NCBI GenBank assembly: GCA_013239625.1
Contig: MU053629.1
Coordinates: 3,809,567 to 3,873,566 of the forward strand
Direction: 5' to 3'
Length of the DNA: 64,000 nucleotides
Source: Lama guanicoe
Taxonomy: Eukaryota
The translations under genes were made by a program, and so were the position numbers. Shown one piece after another: positions 27,201-40,225 of the stretch; positions within the stretch are counted from its first letter, which is position 1, and every line of letters starts with the position of its first letter. The notes under the pieces were generated by a model, which searched no databases, was not told the DNA's origin, and saw nothing but the letters and a program-made list of their open reading frames with translations.

Positions 27201-28309
27201 TAAGATGACCATGACATTTTTGCTGTCTTTAGGTGAATGATCCAGTGGGAAGGCACACTTTTGTGAGCCCACAAGTGTAGGGGCAAGATGCAGAACACAA
27301 AGCAGGAGGCAGGGATTCTTTCTCTTGGGGATGGGGATTCAGGAAAGGAGAGGTCCAGCGAAGCTTTGAGTTTCCCCATCTCACATTCACATTCCTATTC
27401 CTTTAGTCATTCAACAAACTTTGACTGAGTTCATACTATGTCCCAGGCGTGGTGTTGGGAGTAAGGGTTGCAGCTGTGAATGAAACAACGTCCTGCCTGA
27501 GCTCACGGAGCGGAACTCACAATCTGATGGACAACTCAGATAACAGAGATCAAGAAAGACATGCACAATGTCAGGGGGACACAAATGCTGTGATGACAAC
27601 CACAGAGGGTAATCAGTGGTGGGAGGTGTGCCTGGAGAGGCTTTTTATACTGGATGGTGAAGGGACGGGCAAACCATTCAAATAGGCTAAGTGTTGAATC
27701 CCAGTTTCACATCCTAGCTCTGCCACTACTGTGAGGCCTCAAACAAGCCACGTCTCTCTATGCCTCAGTTTGCTCACCTGCACAATGGGGGTAAGAATAG
27801 TTATCTGCCTATAGGGTTGTGGAGAGGATTAAATGACTTAATATATGTGAAGCCTCAGTGCCTGGCACATGAGTAAGGGCTACAAGTGTTTCCTTCTCCT
27901 ACTTTTCTAGCAAAGGGAACAGCAAGGGTAAAGGCCGTGAGGTGAGAAAGGGCTTGTAATGTTTCCAAGAAGAGCAAGAAGGTCAGGAATAACCACAGGC
28001 AGCGGAGCCAGGGATGGAGTCAGGGAGGCAGGGGTCTGGGTGGGCTGAGGCAGCTTCCTGTCGCCGCTCCATGGCTAGTCACCGTCCAGGTTCAGGTCTG
28101 TCGATCCCCTCACTGCTCAGAAGCCTGCATGGCTCCCCACTTGGGCCCCGGTTCCCATGGCAGCCAGCGCTCTGCGCTTAAAGGTTCCTTGGGTTACCTC
28201 CTCCCGGTCCACCTGGCCTGGGCCCTTGCGAGGGCACAGCCATTTGGGGTTGGAAAACGGGCCCCAAATACCGGGGTCTCTCAGACTGAGCAAAGGACCG
28301 CCAAGCCCT

Positions 28310-28480
28310 GTAGACAGACCCAGTACGCGCGGCGTCGGCCCCGCCCTCGTAGCCACGCCCACGGCAGGGCCTGCCCCCATCGAGCACCGCCCTCCGCTGG
28401 CCCCGCCTCCCCGCAGCCTAGTCCGGCGAGTGCGGCCGCCTACCTGGCTCCGCTGGTCTGGCTGAGTCAGGCTCCAGGTG
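28310..28480. promoter_or_regulatory. Small CpG cluster with Sp/KLF and AP-1 sites, candidate enhancer
   Basis: CCCCGCCC 28339; GCCACGCCC 28352; GGCGTC 28331; GGCTCC followed by GTCTG 28446-28460; TGAGTCA 28463-28469. Confidence 0.45.
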
Positions 28481-30784
28481 CCGGCAGAGTGACTAGGCAT
28501 GGCTGGGACTGGAGACAGTGAGAAGGAACGGGAGAAGGAGGAAAGGGTGTGTCCAAGTCGGGGAGGGATCGCTGGACCAGAAGGCGGACCAGCCGGGCTC
28601 CCCATGGCGGCATAATCTTGAAGGGTTGGGCTGTGTGACCCAAGGAGCTTGCTGAACCTCTCTGGGCTGCCTTCTTTCCACGAAGGTTTACTGTAGACGT
28701 GGAGTGTGCCGGGTGCTGGAGATGTGGTAGTGAACAGGAGCCACGTGGCAATACAAGCTTTGGTTAACAGTGTGATCCCTGAATCTCTGCTTTCCATCCT
28801 ACTGACTGGGCGACTTGGGGCAAGACACTCCGCTTCTCTATAATTTGGGAGTACAACACCCACCTCACAGGGTTGCGAGGATTAAGTGACTGTAACTTGT
28901 AAAGCCCTAGGAATTCCTATTAAGTGCGTAACAAGCTTCATTATTAACTATTGTTATCTTCACCCTCTTGGAACTTATATTCACTGACTTCATCATTTTT
29001 ATTTAAAATTTCCTTTTCATTATGAACTATTTCAGACATATAAAAAAAAAGAATAGAAACAGTGTCCCCATCACCCTATTTAAGAAATAGAGCGTTATAA
29101 ATATATTCTCTCTGTTCAACGTTAGTCAGACCCTCATATCCTGTGTCCTGGAAACCTCTAGAATTTCCTTCCCCGACCCCATCCTCTTACACTATGAGTC
29201 TGTGAAAGATCCAAATAATAGACAATTTAGATCCTGCCATAATTCTGCTTGAAAACCTCCGTTTACAAACTCAAATAGATCCCCTTGACGTCCAGGCCCT
29301 TTGCTTCTGACCCACAACTGACCCTTCCCGTTTGGTCTCTGCCACCGGAGCCCAAACTTCCCCTTAGTATTTCTTAAGTGTCCCTGCTCTTTGCATATGC
29401 CAGCCCCTCTGCTGGGGGCCCTGTGTATTCCTTTTTCTCTCTCCTTCACTCAGTCCAGGAGAAGCAGCATCCTTTGGTCCCCCAAGGCTCCCTGAACACT
29501 GTCCCATGGAGATATATGTGTGTGAGACCTCCCCTAGGCCATAAGCTCCTGGGAGCAGGTCCATGGCTGACTCATTTTCATCTGCGCCTAGTAAAGGAAA
29601 GGCATGCACTATACTCCACAGTTGTGGTTGAGTGTATTTGGGGTGCCAAGCCGGGGTGCAGTAGGGGTGGTCATCCAGTGACTCCAGCTCCATGCTTTTC
29701 ATGGGGTCCATCAGCTTTGATACTCTGGGGAAGAATACAGAGGTCATTAAATGGCCTCATTTTAAAGAAACTCAAGCATAGTGTGATTTCTTGCAGTGCT
29801 CACCTTCCCCCTCCCAAGCCACTTCCTACTCCTCCCCTCTTCTCCCTCATTCCCTGTTTCCTCTCTCGTGAGGATGAAGGGTTCCTCACAATGAGTGGAT
29901 CATCCCCAGGAACTAAGATATGGGATATGCAGTGACCATGTCATCGATCCAAGAGGTTTGTGGGTTTGGGGACACCAAGTGGATGCCAAGCCTGGCTCCA
30001 GACAGCCTCGGTTCTAGGAGCAAAGAGGAGACGCTTCCAGAGTCGGGGGTCCTGGCCTGTGTTCATACTCTCAGACATATTTGCAAAGCAGGTTGTCTTC
30101 ACAGAGAGAGAGGAGTCTAAGTCTGCATTGGAAGTCAACTGGTAAGTGCACTGATTCCAGGGAGGAGGCTGGGTGCCTAGCTGGGGGGTGGGGAGGAATT
30201 TTGTACTGGGGAGAAGAGGGTTGCTTGCCTCTATGGACATTCTGAATTTAGTACCATATTCACATCTGACCTATTTTTGAAAAATGAAAACATATATTGG
30301 ATGGTAATCAGAAGAGCTGGGTTCCCGTATTGTAAATACCAATTACCAGCCTGGTCACCTGGGTCTCTCTGAGCCTCACTTTAATGACCACCCAGTTCTC
30401 AAGCTCAAAGAGTAGGCACAAGGGAGACCTTTGTACACTAGACGGGGCTGGGTGCACTTAATTATTATTTACTCTTCACTCAGTTCATTTCAATAGACAA
30501 TAACCGAGGCCTTCTCTATTGGCCATAATGTGTGGGTCTCTGTATACAAGTTTGGGTGTGTATGTCTGGGCGTGAGGGTGTGGGTCTGGGTGTCTGTGTG
30601 TCTGGACATGTCAGGGTGGGGTATGAGGTGCCTATGAAGTTGACCATCACAGGGTCCCTGCCCCAAGGAGCTCCTGGGGCAGCAGGACAAGTGGCCAAAC
30701 AAACAACTTCCTTTGGCACTCCTGAACTCTGCTAAGGGCCAAATAAAGGGATGAAAAACGTGGCTGCACAGAAAAGGGCACGTG

Positions 30785-31190
30785 AGTTCAAGCAGTGGGC
30801 TTGGCCCTGGCCGTGCTGTCTGCTTGGAATGCTGTTCCCGAGGGTCCTCAAAGCCCACCCGCCTTCAACTCTTTGAGCAAATGTCACCACCTCAAGCGAG
30901 CCTCCTTGACCTCCTTATTTAAATAGCAGCTCCACCCTGCACTCCCCAAACGCACCCCTGCTTTATTTGTAGCCAAAACCCTTACTTTCAATGATAGTAA
31001 AGTTACCTGTAATAAAACGAACAAAATGCTCTGTATTTCACTCACTTGTTTTGTTTAATTGCCTGTTTCCCTCGCTTCCTTCATTAGAATGAAAGCTCCC
31101 TGAGGGAAGGGTCCTTGTCTGTTCACTGCTGTGTTCTCCCCCTGCCCCCCACAGTGCTTAGAGCAGTAGCTGAAACAGAGAAGTCACTTT
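30785..31190 (+). mobile_element. LINE-2 3' fragment (one of several, also ~1090-1620, ~17380-17525, ~27400-27660, ~36870-37310)
   Basis: TGCTTGGAATGCTGTTCCC..CAAATGTCACC..TAGAATGAAAGCTCCCTGAGGG..TGTCTGTTCACTGCTGTG..AGTGCTTAGAGCAGT. Confidence 0.75.
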
Positions 31191-31237
31191 TATATATATG
31201 TATTTTTAATTTATTTTAAAAAATCATCATTATTATT

Positions 31238-31663
31238 ATTTTAATAGACTTTATTCTTTTAGAGCAGTTTCAGGTTCACAGCAGAATTGAGCAGAAAATA
31301 CAGAGTTCCCACATAGCCCCCCCCACCCACACATATACACTCCCCTACCCTCAACATCCCTCATCAGTGTGGCATTTTTGGTACAGGAATCGATGAATCA
31401 ACATGGGCACATTATTATCAACCAAAGTCCACAGTTTACATTAGGGTTCACTCTGATGCTGTACATTCTGTGGGTTTTGACAAATGTGTAATGACATGTA
31501 GCCACCACTACGGTATCATACAGAATAATTTCATTGCCCTAAAAATCCCTTGTACTCCATCTATTCATTCCTCCCTCCATCCCTCTCCCCAAACCCCTGG
31601 AAACCATGATCTTTTTATTGTTTCTCTAGCTGTGCCTTTTCCACAATGTCATTTGGTTGGAAT
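31238..31663 (-). mobile_element. L1MC-like 3' fragment
   Basis: TTTTAATAGACTTTATT..TAGAGCAGTTTCAGGTTCACAGCAGAATTGAGCAGAAA; CCAAAGTCCACAGTTTACATTAGGGTTCACTCT. Confidence 0.82.
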
Positions 31664-33699
31664 CGAAAACCTGAGACGTTTTGGGGGCCATTCTGTATAT
31701 CCCAGATTCAAGCTCAGCACCCATACTTTCCCTCCACCACCCTGAGACTCAGAGCCTGCTGATGTGGGGGAGGTGAGATGTGAGGGCCCTGCTGGTTGGT
31801 TGGGGGAGGTGATGGTGGACCCATTCATGAGAAACAAAGGCCATCAGGAGGTCCCCTGGCTAGGAGAGGGTACCTGTGGGGGTGTGGGGGGTGCATTCAG
31901 AGGGAGGAGGCAGCAGAAGTCCCTGCGATGGTGATGGCGGTGGCTCGGTAGTAGAGTCAGGGAGAGCAGAGATCTTTCTGTAAGTGTTGGGGAACAGAGA
32001 GCAAGGTTCTGACAGAGAGCACTTTTGGGACCAGGGGCCAGAGAAGAGCCTGAGCAGACACTGGGGCCTAGTTGGGAAGGGCCTCGAAAGCCAGGCCAAG
32101 GAGTCAGGATAGAATCCTTGGAGCTGCAGGGACACGAGGATCTGGAGCTGAGAGTAGGTGGTGGCAGAGGGAGGAAGCTATATTCGAGAAGACTTGCCAC
32201 TCAGGGGTCTTAATCAGTGTGAGTGGTCCAAAGGAGAGGAGGAGCCATGAGCCTTGTAGACAGAAGAGGAGGACAGAGTGGCCATTTCACTTCGGTATTC
32301 CATTTGTTTATTTATATTTTATTAAGCACTTAATGTGTGCTGGACTCTATGCTAGGACCTGGGCATGCCACAAAAATCAGTCCTGAACTTTGACCTCATG
32401 CAAAGGAGAGGGTACCCCAAGAGAGATGTGTTAGGTCCAAGGAGCCTATGGTTGTACCCAGCTGGGAGACCAGAGAGGACTTCCGGGAAGAGGAGGCATC
32501 TGAACTGGGCACTGAAGGATGGTCAGGGGTTTGAAAGTCAGTTGATCAGGAGGAGAAGACATTTGAGTCAGGAGCTCCCAACCAGGGGATTTTAATGTGT
32601 GCTATTTCATTTAGTTCACCCAGCAACTCTGGGAGGAGGAAGCCCAGGCAGAGAAGGTGACTTACCTTATAGACAAGGTAAAAAAGATCTTGGGATTAAG
32701 CCCAGGGAGTGTAAGTGCCCAGCCCCAGGTCAACAGCCTGAAAGCAGCGGAGTTGGGACTGGTACCCAGGGCTGTTGGGCTCCCGGCCAAGTGCTCATTC
32801 TGTGGGTCCATTGCTTCCCCAAACTGGGTGTTTCAGAGACAGTCTACCGACTCACTGCTGCTTTCCAGTGCTGTGGGAGCTGGAGAGGACCTGCCAGCCA
32901 GTCCCTCGCCCCTAGGATCTTGATCTGCCTTTGCCTGATCCTAGAAAGAATGCAAGACATGGACCAGCAACCCAATCCAGGCTCATCCATGGTTGGCCGA
33001 GAGCAGGTAGTGGCCAGCATGGAAAAGGATTCATCAGATTTTGAGTCTGAGGGCCTGGGGCTGGTCCCAGCTGTGCTGTGTCTTGGCTGTGCAGGGTGAG
33101 CAAAGCACATCACCTCTCTGGGCCCTTCAGTTTCCTCCTCTGTCAAATGGGGATGCTGTTCACTCCAGTATCTGCCACCTCCAATCAGTGGAGAAATTGA
33201 GGACATAATAGGTGTGACCGTCCCAGATAAAAGCTATCATTATTTTAAGGGACCAGGGGTCGCCTGCACCACTAGAATGACAACAAGAATGGTACCACAC
33301 TGGGCCTGTGCAAGGTAACTTTTTCTGAGTCCTTACCAGGTCCAGTGCTAAGTACTTTGCATGCATTAGTACATTGAATGGACTGTGGATTGCAGAACAC
33401 TAGATGGGAAACTATCATCAATGTGTATGGTCTGTAAAGACGATGAGGAGGAGGAGGAGGAAGATAAAGACATCTTGCAAAGCCATGGAATTAATGGATT
33501 CAGAAGTCTTTGAGAGTCCGCGAGGCTTTGCAGACTGGGTGCCCTGGCCCCTTGGCACAACTCTGGGCCTTTGTTTCCTTTGTCTGAGTGGCTAACATCC
33601 TCCGAGCACGGGCAGCCAGCCCCCCAGCCCCTGGATGAGGTGTGTAGGTCCCAAGATTCCTGTTCTGGGGCAGCTCGGCTGCAGCCCCAGGAGGGCAGC

Positions 33700-33880
33700 C
33701 AACAAGGGGCCCGGCGGCTTATCGCTCCGCAGCGACTCTCCAGCGGGCAGACTGTCTCCGCTGCCGCTGAGCCAAGCTGATAAAGAGGACAGACCCTTGT
33801 GTTTACAGTGGCTGGGAGAGTGGGGCCTCCTGGGGGCGGCCCCATCTCCTCTGGGAACAGACTGTCTGTTTGCTGAGATA
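33700..33880. promoter_or_regulatory. Candidate SMAD/GATA/FOX enhancer
   Basis: GGCGGCTTATCGCTCC 33713-33728; CAGACTGTCT at 33748 and 33858; TGATAA 33778; TGTTTAC 33800. Confidence 0.5.
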
Positions 33881-34271
33881 CCATCGCATTCCTGCAGCCC
33901 AGGATGGATGGGGGCGGGAGGGGTGTGGAGATGGGAGGGGAGGAGGAAATGTGACAGCTGCCAGCCCTCTGTTCCCCTGGGACCCGCACTGAGAAGGCGG
34001 ACACTGGGTCTTCAAGTGGGTCTATGGTTTCCCAGCCTGATTGTTAAGCACCTCATAGAGGTCAGTATTAGCCAGCGTGGGCACTGCACTCTACAGTTTA
34101 TAAAGTGTCTTCTCAACATTTATCTTTCTTGCTCTTCCAGATAACCTTCCATTTAGGTAGGTTGTGATGTTTCACAGAAGATGCCTAACAAGGCTGGAGC
34201 AGAGGACAACGACATGGCCCGACACTGGGCCAGGGGCCCCGTGTGACCCTCAGCTGACCAGGCTCCCCACA

Positions 34272-34510
34272 ATAATAGCTACCACTTACAGACCGCCTGC
34301 CGTTTGGCATTGACCGTCAGAAGCACTCGAGCTATATTAACTCATTCAGTCCTCACAAGGGCCTTTATGAGGGAGATGCTGTCATTTTATATTTTATAGC
34401 TGAGGAAACTGAGGCAGACGCAGGTTAGGTGACTTGCATAAGCCACATGGCCAGAAGGTGGGAGGGCTGGGATTTGAACCCAGCAGGATGACTCCAGAAT
34501 CTCCAATTTA
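34272..34510 (-). mobile_element. MIR SINE, near full length
   Basis: ATTTTATAGCTGAGGAAACTGAGGCA..GGTTAGGTGACTTGC..GCTGGGATTTGAACCCAG..TTAACCAC. Confidence 0.82.
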
Positions 34511-35008
34511 ACCACCGGGCTACACTGCCTGCTTAAAGCCAGCCAGACATATGTACGTCTCTGCCCTGCTTACAAAGGCCGTGGGTGTTTGCTGCTGCAG
34601 AGGCAGGAACTGGCTTTGGAATTAGGCCTGTGTTCAACTCCCAGCACTGGTACTAATGACCCCTGAGGCTGACCCTCACCTCTCTGAGCCTCAGTTTCTT
34701 CCTCTGGGAAGTAGAAACAGGATCTGCCTTAGCCGTGGGTGTCAGAGATGTTGTACATGAAAGGTCTGGCACACGGTAGATTTTCATTAAATAATTACTT
34801 ATTACTTTGACAGCTGAGTTGGGGAGGTGGCCTGCCTAAAACTGACGCTTCAGAGGATTAGAGGAGTATTGTTTAAAAAGAGAGGCCCAGTCAGTCAGCT
34901 ATGGGAGCACAGAGAAGGGGTGACATCTATTGGAAGGAGCTGAGTGGCTTCAGAGGAGGCAGCATGAGCAAGTGGTTGGGACTCTTGGCTTCAGAGTTGG
35001 ACAGACTT

Positions 35009-35158
35009 GCGGGGAGGGCATAGCTCAGTGGTAGAGTCGGTGCTTAGCATGCATGAGGTCCTGAGTTCAATCCCCAGTACCTCCATTAACAAATAAATAA
35101 GTAAATAAACCTCATTACCACCCCCACCCCACCCCCCCGCAAAAAAAGCAAAAAACTA
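35009..35158 (+). mobile_element. tRNA-Ala-derived SINE (Vic-1-like) inserted in a MIR
   Basis: Same head, body and A tail; imperfect TSD ACAGACTT/ACAGAGTT. Confidence 0.88.
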
Positions 35159-35364
35159 ACAGAGTTGGATTCAAATTCCAATATCCAGCAGTTTCTCACA
35201 GGATGGACTTGGGAAATTTCTTAACTTTTTTGAGTCTCTAAAATGAGAATGCTAATAGAACCTTCCTCGCAGGGCTGTGAAGAATGGATGAGATGGTTCA
35301 GGGAAAGAAGTGCTGGGCACATTGGCAGGTACATGGTATGTGCTCAATAAATACTGCTCGTGGG

Positions 35365-35875
35365 GGTGGTAGACAGAATAATGCTGCGCCACCAAAGACA
35401 TCCATGTCCTAGTTCCTGGAACCTGTGACTGTGTTAGGTTCCATGGCGAAGGGGCATTAAGGCTGCTGGTGGAATTCAGGTGTCTCATCAGCTGACTGAG
35501 ATGGGGAGATTATCCTGGATTATCCGAGTGGGCCCAATGTCATCACAAGGGTCCTTATAAGTGAGAAAAGGAGGGAGAGAAGGTCAATGTCAGAGTGATG
35601 TGAGTGAGAAAGACTCCACCAGCCATTCCTGGCTTTGAAGGTGGGTGAGGGGGCCATGAACCAAGGAATGTGGGCTGCCTCTGGATGATGGAAAAGGCAA
35701 GAAAATGGATTCTCCTCTATAGCTTCTAGAAAGCTTTGCAGTCCTGCCAGCGCTCTGATTTTAGCCCACTGACTCCCATTTTTGTTCAGACATCCTGAAC
35801 TATAAGGTAATAACATTTGACTTAAGCTGCTAAGTTTGTGGTAATTTGTTATAGCCGCAAAAGGAAACTAATACA
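35365..35875 (+). mobile_element. ERVL-MaLR solo LTR (MLT1D-like)
   Basis: GTGGTAGACAGAATAATG..GGAGATTATCCTGGATTATCCGAGTGGGCCCAATGTCATCACAAGGGTCCTTATAAG..GGAAACTAATACA. Confidence 0.87.
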
Positions 35876-36084
35876 GGATGTGTGTTGGTCCTTGAAGACT
35901 GGCAGGATGGAAAAGGGCAGAGGTGGGACTAGGACACACAGAAAGAGGAAACTGTACACCCAGTGGCCTTTAGGTTGGAAAGCACAGGACATTTTGGGGT
36001 TCAGTGTGTGGTTCTTTGCAAAAGCAGACACAATTCTCCATCTTTGTCTGTTTCCCCTTTGCAGTGTAACTAGGCAGCTCCCCC

Positions 36085-36822
36085 AGTGTTGGCTGGACCT
36101 CATGCCTCGCTTGTAATGAACAGAATACAGCAAAAGAGATGGGCTGGCCCTCTGATATTAGGTTGTGAAAAGACTGTGTGACTTCCATCTTGCTCTCCCT
36201 TTCTTGCTTTCTTGCTGGCTTGTTCTGAGGGGATCCAGCTGCCATGCTGTGAGGGCCCTGTGGAGGAGCCTAGATGGCATGGAAATGATGTCTCTGGTCA
36301 ACGACCAGTGAGGACCTGGGGCCAGCAAAAGCCACGTGAGTGAACTTAGAAGCAGATCCTCCCCCACTGGAGCCTTGAGATGACTGAAATCCTAGTTGAT
36401 ACCTTGCTTGCAGCCTTGTAAAATGCCTGGGGCCAAAGATACACAGCAAAGTGGTGCTTGGATTTCTGATCCTCAGAAGCTGAGAAGCTATAAGTTTGTT
36501 GGTTTTAGCTGTGTAATTTGTTACGCAGCAACAGGTAACTTAACACCACCAGGCTAGCCTGCTGGGTATGAGTGACATTTGGCTCAGTCACTTCCTTTCA
36601 TCCAGCCAGCAGACATGAGGGAGGCTGTCCTAGACCAGCTAGCCCCCAGCCAACCTGTTCGCTGCTTGCAAATGTGTGAGTGAGCCAAGCTAAGATCAGC
36701 TGGGCCTGGCCCAGATCAGCAGAACTTCTGCTGACCTTAGCCGCATTAGCAATAATATACATAGTTGTTTTAAGCTACTGGGTCTTGGGGTGACTTTATA
36801 CCCAGCAATAGCTGACTGATAT
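36085..36822 (+). mobile_element. Two adjacent older MaLR LTR pieces (MLT1F-like to ~36545, MLT1G/H-like to ~36822)
   Basis: Two separate MLT1-type 3' ends (TTTGTTACGCAGCAACAGGTAAC; GTTGTTTTAAGCTACTG..CAGCAATAGCTGACTGATA). Confidence 0.7.
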
Positions 36823-37399
36823 ATAACCTGAATAGCCAGAGGGTTATGGATATGGTAGCAACTAAGGCTAGGAAGCTGGGTAGGGGCATGAATATGGAGG
36901 GATTTTGATGCTAGATTAAAGTGTCTGAAGTTTAATTTGCAGGCAGGAGCAGGTTTTTGAGTAAGAGACTATGATCATGATTGGAGCTATGGTTAAAGAT
37001 GTTTCCTATGGCAGCAAGGAATGGCATGAATCAGAGCAAGGGATCATTTAGGAGGCTGCTGTCAGGAGGCAGATGAGCAGCAATGGAGGCCTAAAGTTGG
37101 ATAGGAGTGAGGAAGAGGAGAGAGACAGCAGAGGTGGAATCAGTGGAACCTGTTCTGGATTGGGTGGGTTGAGGGCAGTGCAATGGGAGAGTGGAAATCA
37201 ACACCTAGGTTTCGATCCTGGGAGACTGAATGGTTGGTGGTGCTTTTGACAGAGAGGGGGATATTAGCAGGTGGGGTAAGGAGATGCATGCTGTTTGGAA
37301 TGGTTAAAGGATCAAGTGCTAAAGAGAGCTTCTGGTAAGAGGCCCAAGGGACAGTGATCCAACACTGCAAAGGGAGCTTTATCCCACCCCAGTGTATCC

Positions 37400-37845
37400 T
37401 CAGCTCTAGGGAAGAGTAGAGAATAGCACATTCAGGCTGGGCAACTGAGAGAGATGGATAAAAGACTATTTACAAAGGTTCATGAAGGGTTTGGCATTGC
37501 TAGCAGGGTGTTGAAGTACCTGGGGCTTGTGATGGTGGGGAGCTATTATCACCCCCTAGAACGAGAAGGCCACAAGGGAGGGAGCAGGAACCAGAGGAGA
37601 GGGTGTGGTATGGAGAAGGCTGCATTACAGGAGCTGTGGCCTTTGGTGGAAGATGCAGATGGCCATGGGGATTGAATACCCTGACTGCTCCCTCTTCCTG
37701 TTATGGGAGCACTTTCTGGTGTCCCTTATTGGCTGAGTCCAAAATGAAGTCAGAGAGTAAAGTTGCCTATTGATGCAGCCCAGACACATTAGGACACAGA
37801 GAGGGTGGAGAAGGATAGAGATGAATGGAAGATATTTAGCCACCT
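37400..37845. mobile_element. ERVL LTR remnant (LTR33-like)
   Basis: GACTATTTACAAAGGT, CAGGAGCTGTGGCCTTTGGT and CCTTATTGGCTGAGTCCAA resemble LTR33. Confidence 0.55.
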
Positions 37846-37884
37846 AACAAATGAAATTTCTTTCTTTAAAAAAAAAAATTTGTT

Positions 37885-38047
37885 GGGGGAGGGTATAGCT
37901 CAAGTGGTAGAGCACAAGTTTAGCATGCAGAAGGACCTGGGTTTAATCCCCAGTACCTCCTCCAAAAATAAATAAACCTAATTACCTCCCCCATCCGCCA
38001 AAATGAAATAATTAAATAATACAATAATAAATTAATAAAAATATTTC
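37885..38047 (+). mobile_element. tRNA-Ala-derived SINE (Vic-1-like)
   Basis: Same head and AAACCTAATTACCTCCCCC body, AT-rich tail; A-rich imperfect TSD (aaaaaaatttgtt / aaaaaattttgtc). Confidence 0.88.
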
Positions 38048-38084
38048 AAAAAATTTTGTCAAAGTATAGCAAATGACATTTCTC

Positions 38085-38465
38085 TGGCTTAAGTCAATCA
38101 GTGACCCTGTTCTGCCAAATGAAATTTGAGGGAAATCTGCTAGGGAGTTTCTGGAGAAAGATTCTTTCCTTTTAGAAAGGAGTTATCAGGAGAGCTGTTA
38201 CTCATTGTATCTGATGTGATGTCTGGAACCACAGCAGCTATCTTGTGACTGTGAGGGATGCCAGCCTAAGGTAAAACTGACCCACTGAGAATGGAAACGC
38301 AAAGAGATAGAAAGAACTAGGTCCTTGATGACCTTGTGAGACTGCTCTGAGAACCAGTTCTCTTTCTAGGGTTCTTTTATTTCATGAAATAATTAAGGCT
38401 TTCATTGTCTGAACCACTCTGAGTTGACTTTCCAGTTACTTGCAGCCCAAAACTTTCTAATGGGC
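38085..38465 (+). mobile_element. ERVL LTR remnant (LTR16-like)
   Basis: TGTGATGTCTGGAACCACAGCAGCTATCTTGTGAC..GGTCCTTGATGAC..GTTACTTGCAGCCCAAAAC. Confidence 0.65.
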
Positions 38466-39275
38466 ATAGCTGCCATCTGCCATCTCCAAGCCCATGTGCA
38501 AGCATTCTTGGCTCCCGTAGACTGTAGTCAAGTCCTCCTGTTTTCCTCTGCTGACCTCAGGCTGTACTAGGTGAATCAGATTCGGTGCAGTTTCAAATGC
38601 TTTTCAGTCTATGATGCAAGAGTCAGAAGTAGGGGATCGGCTCTTATCTGCTATGCTGCCCTGTAGTTACGGATGGCTCCGGTAGTAGCAATGATGACAG
38701 TAAAGAGTCTTCCATGGAGGCAGGTAGTATAGGGTAGTTGTGGGGCATAGGCCTTGCAGGTTATCAGAACTGGCTTCAAGTTTAAGTCTGCTGCTTTCTA
38801 ACTGTGTGACTTTGAGCAAGTTAATTAACCTCTCTGAGCCTTGATTTTCTCATTGGATGCGGTAAAGGTTAAATTAGTGTTTTTCTGTTTTTCTTTTATC
38901 TAACAGAAATCCTAGACCTGAGAAGCTGCCCTCAAAGGCCTTCATCTCTCACTCGTCCTATCTCTTTCCGCCTCTAGGTTGGATGTGAGGGAGTTTGGAA
39001 AGGGTCCAAAAGGATGCTGGCAAGAGAAGCAATCCAGTCAAAGGAAGGATGTGAGCTCCCAGATAGCCATGACTTGACTTGCCACATAGAAGTCTCCCCC
39101 TTCCCTGGGTATTTGAAATATAAATGTATTGAATGAATGAATGAATGAGTGAAAGAAAAAAAAAGAAAGAGTGAGTAAGAGGGATAAAAAGATGAAGAAA
39201 TTTTACCCACAGAGGAAAAGGCTGAAGGAGGGCTTTATAAATTTCCAATGATCAATATCCTGGGTGCAGACGGCC

Positions 39276-40225
39276 TATCAGTCAGGATAAGCTAGATAAT
39301 GCTGTGGTAACAAACATCCCCCAAATCCCAGTGGCTTTACAACAGCCATGTTTACATACTGCAGGGTGGGTTATCAGGGTGCTGTGTTCTTCCAGATCAC
39401 TCAAAGATCCAGCTGTAGGGAGCTCCAGGTTGCTATACTTCCATAACAACAGCTGCCAGGAGAATATGGCAAATCGCACACTGGCTCTTAAATCACCTGC
39501 CCAGAAGTGTTTCACATCACTTCTGCTTATATTTCATTAGCAAAGCAAGTCACATAGACACATTGGAGTTCAGTTGGGTAGGGAAACACAATCCTACTAT
39601 CTTCCCAGAAAAGAGAGGACTGGCTGGAGGCAGGCTTGGGCTGAATGCAGCTCAGACATGATTTGTTTGGTTTGTTCAATTTTAAAAGTAGTTTTATAAG
39701 GTTTCCAGCATGTATGACATCAGCTATGTCATATACATATCTGTATAATCTGGCTTAATTTGAAAAACTGGACTAGCTGGTGATAGAGAGTCCAGGTGTA
39801 TTAGTTAGGATTAAGTTGGGCAGATTATAACAGAAAAGCTCAAAATAACAGTAGCTTAAATAAGATACATGTTTTTTTCTCATATAAAAGGAGCCAGGAG
39901 ATAAACAGGCAGCCCAGGCCCGGGGAGGTAGATTCAAAAAGCCATCAGGGGCTTAGACCTCTCTCTCTGTTTTGATATCTACAGTGTATAGCTCCCCATG
40001 CAAAGGTTGCCTCATGGTCCATGACAGCTTCCAGAGCTCCAGCCATCACATTCACATTCTAGGCCAAAGAGGGAAAAGTTGAAGGCAAAAAGGGGAACTC
40101 CAGCTGAGCCAGCTCTCTTGATTCAGCCTTCCCAGAATTCCTACACAAACTTCTATTTACAGCTTATTGTCCAGTTAGTCACATGGCTATACCAACTGCA
40201 AGGGAGGATAAAGATAGTCATGTGA
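39276..40225 (-). mobile_element. Two old MaLR LTR remnants (MLT1J/K/L-like; ~39276-39620 and ~39797-40225)
   Basis: Starts TATCAGTCAGGATAAGCTAG and TGTATTAGTTAGGATT; internal AGCTCCAGCCATCACAT and AGTCACATGGC. Confidence 0.65.

Noticed and set aside
28117..28863. 248-aa minus-strand ORF (and ~200-aa ORFs at 2149-2787, 33366-34004, 41482-42084)
   Set aside because: They cross MIR/L1 fragments or GC-rich patches and show no domain or exon structure.
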